From the IMG/VR virus record IMGVR_UViG_3300031414_000005: a DNA stretch of 64,000 nucleotides; one strand, 5' to 3'. This document shows, one piece after another, positions 29,554 to 40,637 of the stretch. The stretch is from a virus (lineage: Duplodnaviria > Caudoviricetes). The stretch's first letter is position 1, and every line of letters starts with the position of its first letter. The notes beneath the pieces are model-generated. The model was not told the origin of the DNA and did not search any database. It saw only the letters and a program-made list of their open reading frames with translations. Made by a program: the position numbers and the translations under genes.

Positions 29554-29826
29554 ATGCTGTTACAACCGACCGAATGCATTGACCGGTTGCAGCTGTTTGC
29601 TACCCGTTCACAGCTGTATTGTGAACGGGAGTCTGCGACAGCGATCTTAGCGTATTCCCCAGACCGCCAGGCGTGGTTTGTGGTGCGTTACAGTCGCGGG
29701 CATCTTGCAACGGCGTTGTACCGCGGAATGGCACTGTTTACGGACAACCGTTATAACTATGCCCTGCTCACGGAAGAGCAGCTTGTCAAGATCTGTGAAC
29801 AGATCAGCAACATGAAAAACCTATAA
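29554..29826 (+). CDS. hypothetical protein
   Basis: AAGGAG RBS; terminator follows. Confidence 0.6.
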   Translation: MLLQPTECIDRLQLFATRSQLYCERESATAILAYSPDRQAWFVVRYSRGHLATALYRGMALFTDNRYNYALLTEEQLVKICEQISNMKNL

Positions 29827-29850
29827 GGCTCCCGCAAGGGGGTCTTTTTT
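29826..29850 (+). terminator. intrinsic terminator
   Basis: AGGCTCCC-GCAA-GGGGGTCT then TTTTT. Confidence 0.75.
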
Positions 29851-29917
29851 CAGGCAGCTTATTTTTTGTCTGACGAATCGTCGTATCTTCCGACAGCGAT
29901 TCACCAAGGAAAAATAA

Positions 29918-31924
<2,007 letters not shown>

Positions 31925-31932
31925 ACCTAGAA

Positions 31933-31961
31933 AAGGGAGAGGCGCAAGCCTCTCCCCCTTT
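31933..31961. terminator. bidirectional terminator between ligA and the inverted RCC1 gene
   Basis: AAGGGAGAGGC-GCAA-GCCTCTCCCCCTTT, A-run on the 5' side. Confidence 0.8.
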
Positions 31962-31975
31962 AAGTGATTTTTTTT

Positions 31976-33151
31976 TTATACCACGCCGGTGAGATCAAGA
32001 ACACTCATGCCGAGTGAGTTGGATTTCAGACCCGGCAACAAGTCATAGGTGGCACTGTAGTTCCCGGCTCCGTACAACAACCCCCCAAACAACATGTACA
32101 TCTGGCTATATGAGTTTGGGCTCTTGATCAGTACACCGCCACCTTCGGCTTCGGGTTTTAATGATCCTGACGGGAAACTTCCGGCTGGGAAGGCATTGAA
32201 TGTTTTCTGTGCGGTGTTCCACGGTGCTGCGCCCGTGCTGGATGACTGCGCTGGACCCTGTGACCCGGTGAAGTACATCTGCTTCTCAAACAGCATGTGG
32301 GTTTGATACGTCCCGGACCAGATCGCGCTGGGTGCGTTATAAATCCGTGGGGTGGTGATCTGTTTCAGGTCGGTACTGTAGTCGGATGCAGCGCCTGTGA
32401 TGTTGTTCCCCAGCTGACCACTAAAGGTACGGCCTCTGACGGACAGACCCGCGGTGCGCACCGCAAACACACAGTTGTACCCCAGCCAGAATTTCAGGAC
32501 ATCGGTGGCGGTTTTAACCAGGGTGGAGTTGGTGACGTTGGTATTCCCCAATTCACCGTAAGAACTGTCTCCTGCCCCGTAGAGCGCCTGGTCGTTTTTC
32601 AGGGCAAACAAGGTCTGCGCATTGGGCCCGGCCGCAATGTCCAGGTTCCCGGTGGTAAACCCGGTCAACTGGGTCAGGGTGGTAAGCGAGGTCGTGGCAC
32701 CGGTGGCAAACTGTCCGGTGTTGTTAAAGCCCATCCCCCAGACTAATCCGTCGCTGGTCAGAATCGCGATAAAGCGGGTGTGCAGGACGACCTTGGTGAT
32801 GCTCTTACCGGCGATTGCGGTAAACTTGTCGGTGACGTTAACCCAGGTGGTGCTCACTCCGTTGTTGACCCCGGTAAACGAACTGTTGCCGGTGTACCAC
32901 CAGGTGCCGTCGCGTTTCAGGATCACGGTGGCTGTTCCGGCGTTCCAGACGTCGGCAACGTTGGTGTTGACCAATGCCCACATCCCGGTAACTGCCGCGG
33001 TGCTCCCGTTACCGATTCCCTGATTCCCGTCACCGCGCATGTACAGGTTGTCAGTGACACTGAGTGCCCCCAACGTGTTGGTGCCAGCGATGACCTTCCT
33101 GACCTTGGCAGCCGCTTTTTTCTTTTTAAGTGATAACATCATTTCTAACAT
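31976..33151 (-). CDS. RCC1/BLIP-II-like beta-propeller protein, probably virion-associated
   Basis: Repeated LY..G.G..G.LG / VWGMGFN..GQ / LYGAG..SYGELG units. Confidence 0.7.
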   Translation of the reverse strand: MLEMMLSLKKKKAAAKVRKVIAGTNTLGALSVTDNLYMRGDGNQGIGNGSTAAVTGMWALVNTNVADVWNAGTATVILKRDGTWWYTGNSSFTGVNNGVSTTWVNVTDKFTAIAGKSITKVVLHTRFIAILTSDGLVWGMGFNNTGQFATGATTSLTTLTQLTGFTTGNLDIAAGPNAQTLFALKNDQALYGAGDSSYGELGNTNVTNSTLVKTATDVLKFWLGYNCVFAVRTAGLSVRGRTFSGQLGNNITGAASDYSTDLKQITTPRIYNAPSAIWSGTYQTHMLFEKQMYFTGSQGPAQSSSTGAAPWNTAQKTFNAFPAGSFPSGSLKPEAEGGGVLIKSPNSYSQMYMLFGGLLYGAGNYSATYDLLPGLKSNSLGMSVLDLTGVV

Positions 33152-33166
33152 AAGGAATTCCCGACG

Positions 33167-33865
33167 TCATTTAACGAGTGGGTAAGACGGCGTAAAGTCG
33201 GCAACGTATTTCACACCCTTATAGAACGCGAACTCAGGGATATACGCACTGCCTGCTAACCCGGTGTAACCAAAGCGCAAGGTTTTGGTGCCGCTGATAT
33301 CCTGTGCTGAAGGTTGCTCTGACACGCTGTAGTCGATGCCGGTGTTGATTGCCAGGCCTTGCTTGACCCCGTTCAGGTACACAATGACCTTTCCTTTACT
33401 GCGCTGGAAGGCGATGTGGTTCCATTTGTTTGCGAGCTGTGCCCGCGTGGCTTTTACGGAGAAATTGGAGTTACCCACCCCCGGTTGTAAACTGACCTGC
33501 AACCGGTCCCCGTACCCACTGTTGGCAAACCGGATTTCATAACCGATCCCGTTGTTGTCGCCAAAGAACATGATACTGTAACCGGACGTGGTGTTGGTCA
33601 TGTAGAACGCGAATTCCAACGTAAAATCACCGGTCCCCACATCCATGGCCGTAAGCGGGGTAATCCCGAAGTTGTTGTTGCCTTCATTCAGCGCTTTGCT
33701 GTAACCGGCCAGCGCTACGGGCGGGGCAACGACGTTACCGGCGAGGTTGGCCACCGCAATCGCCGTTTTCCCGGTTGATCGGTCGGTGTCAAAGTTATAC
33801 CCCACATCGGGCTGGCCTTTAACGCCACTCGCCTTCTTTTTGCACATCAGCATGGCTTCTAACAT
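33167..33865 (-). CDS. LamG/concanavalin-A-like lectin domain protein
   Basis: GDFTLEF, NKWNHIA.QR..G...VYLNG, IPEFAFYKGVKY..DFTP pattern. Confidence 0.75.
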   Translation of the reverse strand: MLEAMLMCKKKASGVKGQPDVGYNFDTDRSTGKTAIAVANLAGNVVAPPVALAGYSKALNEGNNNFGITPLTAMDVGTGDFTLEFAFYMTNTTSGYSIMFFGDNNGIGYEIRFANSGYGDRLQVSLQPGVGNSNFSVKATRAQLANKWNHIAFQRSKGKVIVYLNGVKQGLAINTGIDYSVSEQPSAQDISGTKTLRFGYTGLAGSAYIPEFAFYKGVKYVADFTPSYPLVK

Positions 33866-34009
33866 AAAGACGGTCCTCTAAAATCATAAACGAATAATGT
33901 TGGGCCGCCTGCTGCTGCCCTATTAAGAAGTGGTTGTGACTATACGATCGGGTTGTCAATTAATACATATGACACCAATCAATTAACCACCATGAGGTTT
34001 ATATCGACT

Positions 34010-34252
34010 ATGAATAACAGCCAAACACCTGATTCCATTGATACCACTGAACGCTTTGTATTAGTTGATCGCCCGTCTTTTAAAGAGGACGCTGCGCATT
34101 ATCTTCAAACCCATCATCAACCTATTCTAACCGCCATGCAGATCGCACGACATTATGGTTTTGTTGACACCGAATCCGGTGTTGATGACCGCAGTTATTG
34201 GGACCACGAGATCCGGGCATTACAACAGGTCCTGGAGTCCACTAAAAAATAG
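34010..34252 (+). CDS. hypothetical protein
   Basis: GAGG RBS before MNNSQ. Confidence 0.55.
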   Translation: MNNSQTPDSIDTTERFVLVDRPSFKEDAAHYLQTHHQPILTAMQIARHYGFVDTESGVDDRSYWDHEIRALQQVLESTKK

Positions 34253-34264
34253 GGTTACCTTCCA

Positions 34265-35404
34265 ATGAAAAATTATTTAGCGGTGATGCAACAAGTGTTA
34301 GATGAAGGTGTGACGTCCGACGACAGAACCGGCACGGGCACCCTCAAACTGTTCGGGACCCAAACCCGTTACGATCTGCGCAAGCAAGCGTTCCCCATGG
34401 TCACAACACGCCAGGTGTGGTCGCGGATTGCGTTCTGGGAGATGATCTGGATTGCCAAGGGTGAAACCAACATCCAGTTCCTGCTCGACAAGAACATCCA
34501 TATCTGGGATCAGTGGGCACTGAAAGAAGATGCCGCTGTTGAGGGGATGAAACCCGACGCCGAACTCAAAGAAGAAATGTGTACACTCATGGGGTGGGAC
34601 TCCAAAGAGTTCAATAAGTGCTTTAACGATTTCGGCCGCGACATGGACGGGATGCGCGAGTACATGAAACAGAAAGGGATCTGTTTATCCAAAACACACA
34701 TCCGTCACCGTAAAGGGGATCTCGGTCCGATCTACGGTAAGCAGATGGCACGCTGGGGTCGCGGCGGTATCAACCAATTACAATTGGTGATTGATGGCTT
34801 GCGCACCGATCCCAACAGCCGTCGTCAGATCATCAGTTATTGGAACCCGGAAGACATGCCGATCCCGGGGTTGTCACCGGAAGAAAACGTGTTGGCAGGA
34901 AAAGCCGCACTGGCCCCGTGCCATGCGTTTGTGCAGTTCTTTACCAATGCCCGCCCACTGGAAGACATCATCGACGATGTGATCCAAGCCCTGGGGGATG
35001 ACTATGAGCAAAATAGCTACCCAGCCGCCACCTGGAAGCTCAAAGCGATCTCCATGGGCATTCCGGTGTATGAACTCTCTGTGCAGCTCTACCAACGCAG
35101 TGTGGACGTCTGTGTGGGTGCACCGACCAACATCATGGGTTACAGCTTCCTGTTATTGATGGTAGCCCACCTGGTGAACATGACCCCACGTGAATTCATC
35201 CACAGCACGGGTGATACCCATATCTACAGCGACCATGTGGCACTGGCCAAAGAACAGCTGAAACGCACCCCGCACAAAGCCCCGCGTATCCGCATCGATA
35301 CCAAGGGTCGTAAGGTCGAACATGTCACCGACTTTGTATACGAGGATTTCGTGATTGAAGGTTACACCCACGAAGCCGCGATTAAGTACCCGGTGGCGAA
35401 GTAA
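34265..35404 (+). CDS. thyA: thymidylate synthase
   Basis: DRTGTGT, LGPIYG.Q, catalytic APCH, YQRSVD..G.PTN, H.YSDH; two insertions. Confidence 0.95.
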   Translation: MKNYLAVMQQVLDEGVTSDDRTGTGTLKLFGTQTRYDLRKQAFPMVTTRQVWSRIAFWEMIWIAKGETNIQFLLDKNIHIWDQWALKEDAAVEGMKPDAELKEEMCTLMGWDSKEFNKCFNDFGRDMDGMREYMKQKGICLSKTHIRHRKGDLGPIYGKQMARWGRGGINQLQLVIDGLRTDPNSRRQIISYWNPEDMPIPGLSPEENVLAGKAALAPCHAFVQFFTNARPLEDIIDDVIQALGDDYEQNSYPAATWKLKAISMGIPVYELSVQLYQRSVDVCVGAPTNIMGYSFLLLMVAHLVNMTPREFIHSTGDTHIYSDHVALAKEQLKRTPHKAPRIRIDTKGRKVEHVTDFVYEDFVIEGYTHEAAIKYPVAK

Positions 35405-35655
35405 TGCGACGGGTGTTGCAAAAGCTCGCCACCTTAGGCATGCGTGCGGACAAGTTTCAATTGATTGTCGGCGGTGTCTATAAAACCCGTGCTCGTGGTC
35501 GGCTCGTTGAGGTGACGAATATCACCCGCGATGGGTTTGACTGCGAGCAGCAGTATGTAACGTACCACCTGTTGACCTCGACCGATTTACCGGCAGGCAC
35601 AACCTTTACTTTACGCGAGTGTGATTTCCGCTCCCGTTTCCATGTTCATCAATAG
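35404..35655 (+). CDS. DUF1653-like small protein
   Basis: GGVYK...G.L.EV.....E...V.Y....F.LRE.DF..RF pattern. Confidence 0.55.
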   Translation: MRRVLQKLATLGMRADKFQLIVGGVYKTRARGRLVEVTNITRDGFDCEQQYVTYHLLTSTDLPAGTTFTLRECDFRSRFHVHQ

Positions 35656-35668
35656 AGAGAAGCGCCTC

Positions 35669-36016
35669 ATGTCTACCCCTGAAAACACCGACGTAGCAAA
35701 ATCGATTACCATCTCCATCCGTTCATCTCACCCGCAGATTGGCAAAACCATGGCATCAGTCCTGGTCGCACAGGCACTGAAAGAGCACCTGCCAAATGCC
35801 AACGTGGTGGTCCACACCGACACCGTGGGTGAAGTGTATAAGAAGCTGTCGGGTATGCCGTCAACCGACCTGACCCGCGCCATGCAGGAAGCCTGTACGC
35901 ATCACGACACCAAGTTCGTGATTGAAGACCTGAACGGCAGCACACACGAAGCGTTCACCAACGCCGGTGGGATTGTTGAAACCATCAGTTTCGATGATGA
36001 AACGATTGAGTTCTAA
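35669..36016 (+). CDS. mini-P-loop-like protein
   Basis: ITISIRSSHPQIGKT strand-GKT-helix; paralog of 41261-41563. Confidence 0.65.
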   Translation: MSTPENTDVAKSITISIRSSHPQIGKTMASVLVAQALKEHLPNANVVVHTDTVGEVYKKLSGMPSTDLTRAMQEACTHHDTKFVIEDLNGSTHEAFTNAGGIVETISFDDETIEF

Positions 36017-36029
36017 TCCGTGATGTTGC

Positions 36030-36055
36030 GAGAGCTGCTTCGGCGGCTCTCTTTT
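36030..36055 (+). terminator. intrinsic terminator
   Basis: GAGAGCTGC-TTCG-GCGGCTCTC then TTTT. Confidence 0.85.
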
Positions 36056-36076
36056 CTTCGCTCTTAAAAGAACACG

Positions 36077-36098
36077 GACCTATATTACCTGAGTGCAG
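36077..36098 (+). promoter_or_regulatory. putative early (virion-RNAP) promoter
   Basis: GACC-TATATTAC-CTGAGTGCAG; exact phiKZ-type TATATTAC just after a terminator. Confidence 0.75.
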
Positions 36099-36139
36099 TA
36101 ACAAACCAATTCTAAATTCTAATGCTAATGAGGTGTTGT

Positions 36140-36838
36140 ATGCATTTTACTCTTCCAATGACCAGCTTATTAAGACGTGGTCCGATTGTTTCTAAAGATC
36201 GAGTGGAGGCGCATTATCGCAGTCTGTTTGGCCAGACCAATTGGTTAGGCCTGTTCATGAGCCCCGATTCCCCGATTGACGCCAAGCTGTTTAAGATTGA
36301 AAAGGATCACCGTGTGGTGATTGGTGAGGTCGATCTGTTGGTCGAGCAAGCTAAGGACTGTATGAACCTGACCCATCCAGCCCGCTTCCCGTTTAACCTC
36401 TGTGTGATGGTGAATGACCCGGCGCTGAACTTGAACAACACCGCCGTGCGGATAGGGGTGTCCAGTCCGGCCGAATTCGCCGCGTTATTGGCAGAAGTCA
36501 AAGCCGAAAAGATCCGCAATGATCAGGAAGTTCCCCACCTTTACCGGTTCAGTTTGAACGCGGTGGAGAGCATGACGTCTGATGCGATTAAACACCATCT
36601 GCGCAGCCGGGGATGTGAAATCGTTGAGCACGATGAAAAGCATTACGTGGTGAATCGCGATAACCAGGTGGTGGGATGTGCGGATGATGAGTTCAAGCGT
36701 TGGGAGTTTTACATGTTCTCTTTGAACGATGCACTCGCCGTGACCCAGACACTTCAAGACTACAAGCATGATGTCGCAAATAACCTGATGAGCGATGGTC
36801 AGAACTTCGCCTTGTTTATGGGTGGGAGGAATAGCTGA
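36140..36838 (+). CDS. hypothetical early protein
   Basis: GAGGT RBS before MHFTLP; first gene after the promoter. Confidence 0.65.
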   Translation: MHFTLPMTSLLRRGPIVSKDRVEAHYRSLFGQTNWLGLFMSPDSPIDAKLFKIEKDHRVVIGEVDLLVEQAKDCMNLTHPARFPFNLCVMVNDPALNLNNTAVRIGVSSPAEFAALLAEVKAEKIRNDQEVPHLYRFSLNAVESMTSDAIKHHLRSRGCEIVEHDEKHYVVNRDNQVVGCADDEFKRWEFYMFSLNDALAVTQTLQDYKHDVANNLMSDGQNFALFMGGRNS

Positions 36839-37221
36839 TGGCGGGTGTGGCGCAGGTGTACACAGGGGAACAACAGGACGCAGCGGTGAAAGGCCGCATC
36901 GAGAAACTGGCGCGGCGTATTGCTGAACGCGCAAAGACTGAAATCACTTACTTACACTTGCGTGAAGAATACCACGAACTGAAACGGGTCACGGCCCGTC
37001 TTGGTATGTTTGATGTTCAGAATTTCAGTGCGTACGCGACCCCGGAGAAATCTACGGTGCGTATCAAACCGATGGTGGTCTATACCCGCGGTGCGAATGC
37101 TATGCAGCGATTAATCCCGGCGTTAAGCACCGCGTTTGTGGCGTGCTTTCGTACGGACAGGGTGGTTGTGGATGCAGACCCACACCGTATCACGATCACC
37201 ATTCATCATAAATCTCAATAG
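36838..37221 (+). CDS. hypothetical protein
   Basis: TGATG coupling; GGAGG RBS. Confidence 0.65.
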   Translation: MAGVAQVYTGEQQDAAVKGRIEKLARRIAERAKTEITYLHLREEYHELKRVTARLGMFDVQNFSAYATPEKSTVRIKPMVVYTRGANAMQRLIPALSTAFVACFRTDRVVVDADPHRITITIHHKSQ

Positions 37222-37232
37222 GGTTAATTCTA

Positions 37233-38174
37233 ATGAAATCTTTGATCAAATTCTTTAAGCATCTTCTGGGTATGAACACCCCTGCTCCAACGGTTCGTCA
37301 CGTCCACGCCCCAACCACCCCAGTGGAGTCGGAGAAACCCGGTGACAAGTTCCTGCGTAAAGCGCAAGTGGCTACACGGCGGGCACTGGAGAATGCACCT
37401 GAACAACTTGCTTTAGCGGCCGGTATCTACGGGGGCGAAGCCAGCCTGGAAGAGGTGGACGAATACCTCAGCCGGTTCACTACGCAAGAGTTCCGTCAGT
37501 TGTCTGAAGAATACCAGACCCGTGATGACGGGGTTACCATGGAACTGACGTTTGATGTGCGGGAAGGTAACCTGACGGAGAAGCAAAGCTTTATTGTGAT
37601 GCGTACCGGTGGGATGCCGATTCCTAAGACGATCTTTGATGACGTCGCACGGGAAGCAGAAGAAGCTTTCCTGAAATCGCTGCGTGTACCGAGTGAACCG
37701 GCTGCGCCAACCGTACCTGCCACCGGTGCAGTCCCGCGTGAAGGCGAACCTGTGCTGATCCCGGTGGAACCGACCAAAGTCGATGAGCTGGATGACGATG
37801 CCCCGGAGATCAGTCCGGAAGATGCGCAGGTCATCGACACCGTACAACCTGAACCCACACTCGCCATTGCTGAACAGGTAAGTTTTGCTGAGCCTGAACC
37901 GGTATTGGATCCGGCGCTCAAAGCAGAAGCCGAGCGTTACATGTCCGACAAGCGTTACACCCTGGTGAAGCACCTCGCCCAGGTCGACGATGTGTTGTAC
38001 GTGCGTCCGGCAACCAGTGACACGTTGCAGTGGATCCCGGCGGTGTACTTCCCGAAAAGTCTGGTACGTGGGTTGGAAACCCTGGAACATTACGAAGAGC
38101 GTGTGCGTGTGCGCAAAGCCGGAAAGAAACGTCTGGGTGCACGTGAACGTAAACGCTTGGCTCAGGCGAAATAA
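37233..38174 (+). CDS. hypothetical protein with an acidic Pro-rich middle and a basic C-terminus
   Basis: 313-aa ORF ending RVRVRKAGKKRLGARERKRLAQAK. Confidence 0.7.
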   Translation: MKSLIKFFKHLLGMNTPAPTVRHVHAPTTPVESEKPGDKFLRKAQVATRRALENAPEQLALAAGIYGGEASLEEVDEYLSRFTTQEFRQLSEEYQTRDDGVTMELTFDVREGNLTEKQSFIVMRTGGMPIPKTIFDDVAREAEEAFLKSLRVPSEPAAPTVPATGAVPREGEPVLIPVEPTKVDELDDDAPEISPEDAQVIDTVQPEPTLAIAEQVSFAEPEPVLDPALKAEAERYMSDKRYTLVKHLAQVDDVLYVRPATSDTLQWIPAVYFPKSLVRGLETLEHYEERVRVRKAGKKRLGARERKRLAQAK

Positions 38175-38186
38175 AGGAGGCGGGGG

Positions 38187-38456
38187 ATGATCTTCATCCT
38201 GAAGGGCCTCTTGATCCTGGGTGTGGTGAGTGTGCTTTGTGACCTCGTTGCACCCTGGATCGATCGGATCTACAAACCGTTGACCCCACCTCACCCTGAG
38301 GTCAAACCTAACCCCTTACCTACCCAAGTGTATTACTTTGGTAACATGCCTTTACGGGAGGATAAACATGCAACCCACCCTGGAACCAGAAACCCTGCTT
38401 GCGATGCAAAGCAGCTTCCAAAAGATGAAGGCGGCCTTAAGTACTTTAGTGAGTAA
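38187..38456 (+). CDS. small membrane protein
   Basis: AGGAGG RBS; hydrophobic N-terminus MIFILKGLLILGVVSVL. Confidence 0.6.
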   Translation: MIFILKGLLILGVVSVLCDLVAPWIDRIYKPLTPPHPEVKPNPLPTQVYYFGNMPLREDKHATHPGTRNPACDAKQLPKDEGGLKYFSE

Positions 38457-38622
38457 TTTCTGTCGCAAGCTGGCGACACAGTTCCCACGCATGGCACTAA
38501 AGCTGGCTGCGCCGGAACGACGTCAGTTCATGCAAGCGGTCTGTCAGAAACGCGGGGCGTCACAACGTCACCTGCGCCGTCTTAATGATCGCCAGCTGAA
38601 AAAGTTGTATCTTCTTTCTTAA
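38368..38622 (+). CDS. hypothetical protein
   Basis: GGGAGG RBS before MQPTLE; ends just before a terminator; overlaps the previous gene. Confidence 0.55.
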   Translation: MQPTLEPETLLAMQSSFQKMKAALSTLVSNFCRKLATQFPRMALKLAAPERRQFMQAVCQKRGASQRHLRRLNDRQLKKLYLLS

Positions 38623-38628
38623 CATAAT

Positions 38629-38652
38629 AGCTCCTCTTACGAGGAGCTTTTT
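38629..38652 (+). terminator. intrinsic terminator
   Basis: AGCTCCTC-TTAC-GAGGAGCT then TTTT. Confidence 0.85.
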
Positions 38653-38683
38653 CAGTGATTTCTTTTTAACGAGGTAATGCGCC

Positions 38684-39535
38684 ATGACCGAGAAAACTTA
38701 TCTTCCTTTACATGTAGAAGGTGTCGACAAATACCTGGGTGGGTTATTACCAGGCGAGTTGGTGATTGTTCACCCCACCCCATTAATCTGGAATAGCCGT
38801 GTTGCCGCGATCACCATGAAAATCGTGTTGCGCAAACTGGTGGAACTTCAACAACACTGGACACCTGCATTGCCGGTGATTTCTCTGGGTGTGGATGATA
38901 TCACCCCCTCACGTTTCCAAGAAGTTACGAATAGCATTCATAATCATCAAAAAGGCCGTGAAGTCAAAGACCATTTCTTTTTCTTTGTAGAAGTCAAACC
39001 CGATTTCTCAACCGTGGCGGCGACCCATCTGCTGCGTATGCTTCGTACGTTAGCAAAGGAAATCGGGTTGGTTGTGGTGGTTGTCTTCAAAGATGACGCC
39101 ACCCGTCTTGGTATCGAAGCCGACATTGTCATGGAAGTGAGTGGTGTCAATAACGACAACTTACCGGTATTCCAGTTTAGCAAAATTCGCCGGGTTGATT
39201 TACCGCGGTCACGGGAAGAAATCAACCAATCGCTTATTAAAGCCGAAGGGGTCGAATCACAGCAAGTTAAGGATGAAATTAAAATCCAGGATGTCATCCA
39301 TGAGCTAATCAATCAGGAAACTGTCGACCTCGGTGAAGAGGCGGAGCCCCGTCAGGGTGACGTAAGGAAAGTACTGTGCGACTACTTGCTCGATGTTTTA
39401 CCAGGTGTGGGTGTCAGTGTTGGATTAAACAATGGTCGTGTTGAGGTGTACCACCACTCCGGTCGCAGCACTCGCCATGTCACGGTGGTGACCCTCCCGG
39501 TTTGTCTGGTCAAGCATGTGTTCGGGTTAGCGTGA
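38684..39535 (+). CDS. degenerate DnaB/RecA-fold protein lacking Walker A
   Basis: VEGVDKYLGGLLPGELVIV, LRTLAKEIGLVVVVV, IEADIVM resemble the DnaB C-terminal domain; no GKT. Confidence 0.5.
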   Translation: MTEKTYLPLHVEGVDKYLGGLLPGELVIVHPTPLIWNSRVAAITMKIVLRKLVELQQHWTPALPVISLGVDDITPSRFQEVTNSIHNHQKGREVKDHFFFFVEVKPDFSTVAATHLLRMLRTLAKEIGLVVVVVFKDDATRLGIEADIVMEVSGVNNDNLPVFQFSKIRRVDLPRSREEINQSLIKAEGVESQQVKDEIKIQDVIHELINQETVDLGEEAEPRQGDVRKVLCDYLLDVLPGVGVSVGLNNGRVEVYHHSGRSTRHVTVVTLPVCLVKHVFGLA

Positions 39536-39543
39536 TTATCCCT

Positions 39544-39568
39544 GGGGTCGTTTAGTGACCCCTTTTTT
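39544..39568 (+). terminator. intrinsic terminator
   Basis: GGGGTCG-TTTAG-TGACCCC then TTTTTT. Confidence 0.75.
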
Positions 39569-39582
39569 AGGAACAACTTCCA

Positions 39583-40146
39583 ATGTCATCTATCGTTCTC
39601 TATCGTGGGGAGTCGGGTGACTCCGACGACCTCAGTTCATTGCGTGGGTCCTTGACCTTCACGACCAATCAAGCGGTTGCACTGGAATATGCTCGCTCAC
39701 CCCTGAACAACGCCACAGCATGTCGTCCTCGGTTAATCAAAGCCCGCATCACCTACCAGAAAGCCTGGGTCCCGGAAGGGTTCAGTGCCTGGCTGGAACT
39801 CGCTGACATCATCAAGCGGTTAGGTCGGGACGAAGCCGTGCGGATTGCCCTGAAGTTCGAAACCCGTATCTACGACACCAACTGCTGGGAAGAACTCTCC
39901 GTGGCGTCTGGGATTATCCGGTTGAAGGAGTTCATCGAAGCGGATGAAAGCAATTTAAGTAAGCTCTATTTTAGGGCGTTCCCGTTCTTTGACTGCCCGG
40001 AAGAAATCGGCAAGTTAAAAGCACTGGGGTATGACTGCGCCATCATGCAGTTGATGCCTGAATTCAGAGGCGGGTATGAATACCGCGTATTCGACCCTGC
40101 CATGGTTAACATCCTCTCTGTTTCACCTGTAAAGGAAAGCAAATGA
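39583..40146 (+). CDS. ADP-ribosyltransferase-like protein (ART-PolyVal-like)
   Basis: LYRG, TFTT...A..YA, L.ALGYD, EYRVFDP motifs. Confidence 0.65.
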   Translation: MSSIVLYRGESGDSDDLSSLRGSLTFTTNQAVALEYARSPLNNATACRPRLIKARITYQKAWVPEGFSAWLELADIIKRLGRDEAVRIALKFETRIYDTNCWEELSVASGIIRLKEFIEADESNLSKLYFRAFPFFDCPEEIGKLKALGYDCAIMQLMPEFRGGYEYRVFDPAMVNILSVSPVKESK

Positions 40147-40637
40147 ATCAGCAAGCGCAAATCACCAATCTGTTTGAACAATTCAAAACTGTCTATGCCC
40201 GTTTCAATGGTCTGCCAGTGCTCGGTATCGCTGACAAAATCAACCGCGGTGATTGTGGTGTGACCGCCATCGCTGTCGGTCCGGTGCTGGCTGCACAGGG
40301 TCTGGACGTGCATTACCTGCACAACACCGGCCACGTCTGGCTCCAAATCGACGGGGTGCGCTACGACACCATCCATCCGGAAGGTTACGGGGTTAACCAG
40401 GCCATCCTCCTCGGGCGCGACCCGGTGGCTGAAGTCTCCCTCGACCAACTGTGTGAAGACTGCATGCCGTGTGACACCCACGGGGCGTATCTGGTGAAAG
40501 CGTTCTGTGATACCCAGGGTCAGCCTTACCCCACTCAGATTCAGCATTGCTTTGACAATGAACTGGAATACGAGTCAGAAGAAGGCGTGGCATACCTGAA
40601 GCAGAACTATGCACGGGCAACAGAGGTGGCGGTATGA
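40143..40637 (+). CDS. papain/transglutaminase-fold protein with a putative Cys-His-Asp triad
   Basis: INRGDCG, GHVW, DGVRYD..HPEG. Confidence 0.55.
   Translation: MNQQAQITNLFEQFKTVYARFNGLPVLGIADKINRGDCGVTAIAVGPVLAAQGLDVHYLHNTGHVWLQIDGVRYDTIHPEGYGVNQAILLGRDPVAEVSLDQLCEDCMPCDTHGAYLVKAFCDTQGQPYPTQIQHCFDNELEYESEEGVAYLKQNYARATEVAV

Noticed and set aside
34265-35404. dCMP hydroxymethylase indicating modified cytosine DNA
   Set aside because: The dUMP-specifying Asn (PTN) and standard ThyA motifs are retained
37413-38294. 293-aa antisense ORF, and similar ones at 39966-40547 and 59458-60174
   Set aside because: They lie fully opposite well-supported + strand genes, lack an RBS or motifs, and look like shadow ORFs
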